A stretch of 62,123 nucleotides of DNA, filler included, from Choristocarpus tenellus KU-1152 (lineage: Eukaryota; Protista; Phaeophyceae): NCBI GenBank assembly GCA_964200185.2. It is 9 parts of 9 records of this genome, joined end to end, with 100 filler letters (N's around TTAATTAATTAA, not from the genome) between each part and the next. Parts side by side here need not be neighbours in the genome. Positions count along the whole stretch, not along the records: positions 55,554 to 62,123 come from CAXNAD020007846.1; 8 more parts are not named here. One strand, given 5' to 3'. Shown one piece after another: positions 62,103 to 62,123 of the stretch; within the stretch, counting starts at the first letter, position 1; every line of letters starts with the position of its first letter. Below the pieces are notes generated by a model. It was not told the DNA's origin, searched no databases, and saw only the letters and a program-made list of their open reading frames with translations. The position numbers and the translations under genes are program-made.

Positions 62103-62123
62103 GGGTCAAAGTATCTGGGGGGG
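62103..62123. mobile_element. MITE family B left end at window end
   Basis: GGGTCAAAGTATCTGGGGGGG. Confidence 0.75.

Overview
This is eukaryotic, intron-rich, repeat-rich DNA. It is not one contiguous locus: nine contigs are joined by identical artificial 100-nt linkers (N44-TTAATTAATTAA-N44). The contigs are 1-6675, 6776-15536, 15637-18629, 18730-32476, 32577-37908, 38009-49241, 49342-52586, 52687-55453 and 55554-62123. Gene style and repeats suggest a stramenopile, possibly a brown alga (inference only). Host genes found by manual splicing: the 5' part of a canonical poly(A) polymerase (5 exons), a large multi-exon protein ending in a degenerate histone-deacetylase-like domain, one LST8-like WD40 exon, an FBXL/AMN1-type LRR gene, and a small Gln/His/Pro-rich, acidic, then basic gene. 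The rest is mostly decayed Ty1/copia elements (LTRs TGTGCAA...TTGCACA, half-tRNAiMet-type PBS), two related MITE families (one with 3-bp TSDs), and mini/microsatellites. Most notable are a frameshifted ParB/DGQHR-like (CLNGQHR) spliced gene, the pseudo-HDAC domain, and an 11.2-kb contig with 3.4-kb inverted arms made of nested and tandem copia elements. I cannot establish a complete novel system from sequence alone. Most short ORFs in the supplied track are spurious.
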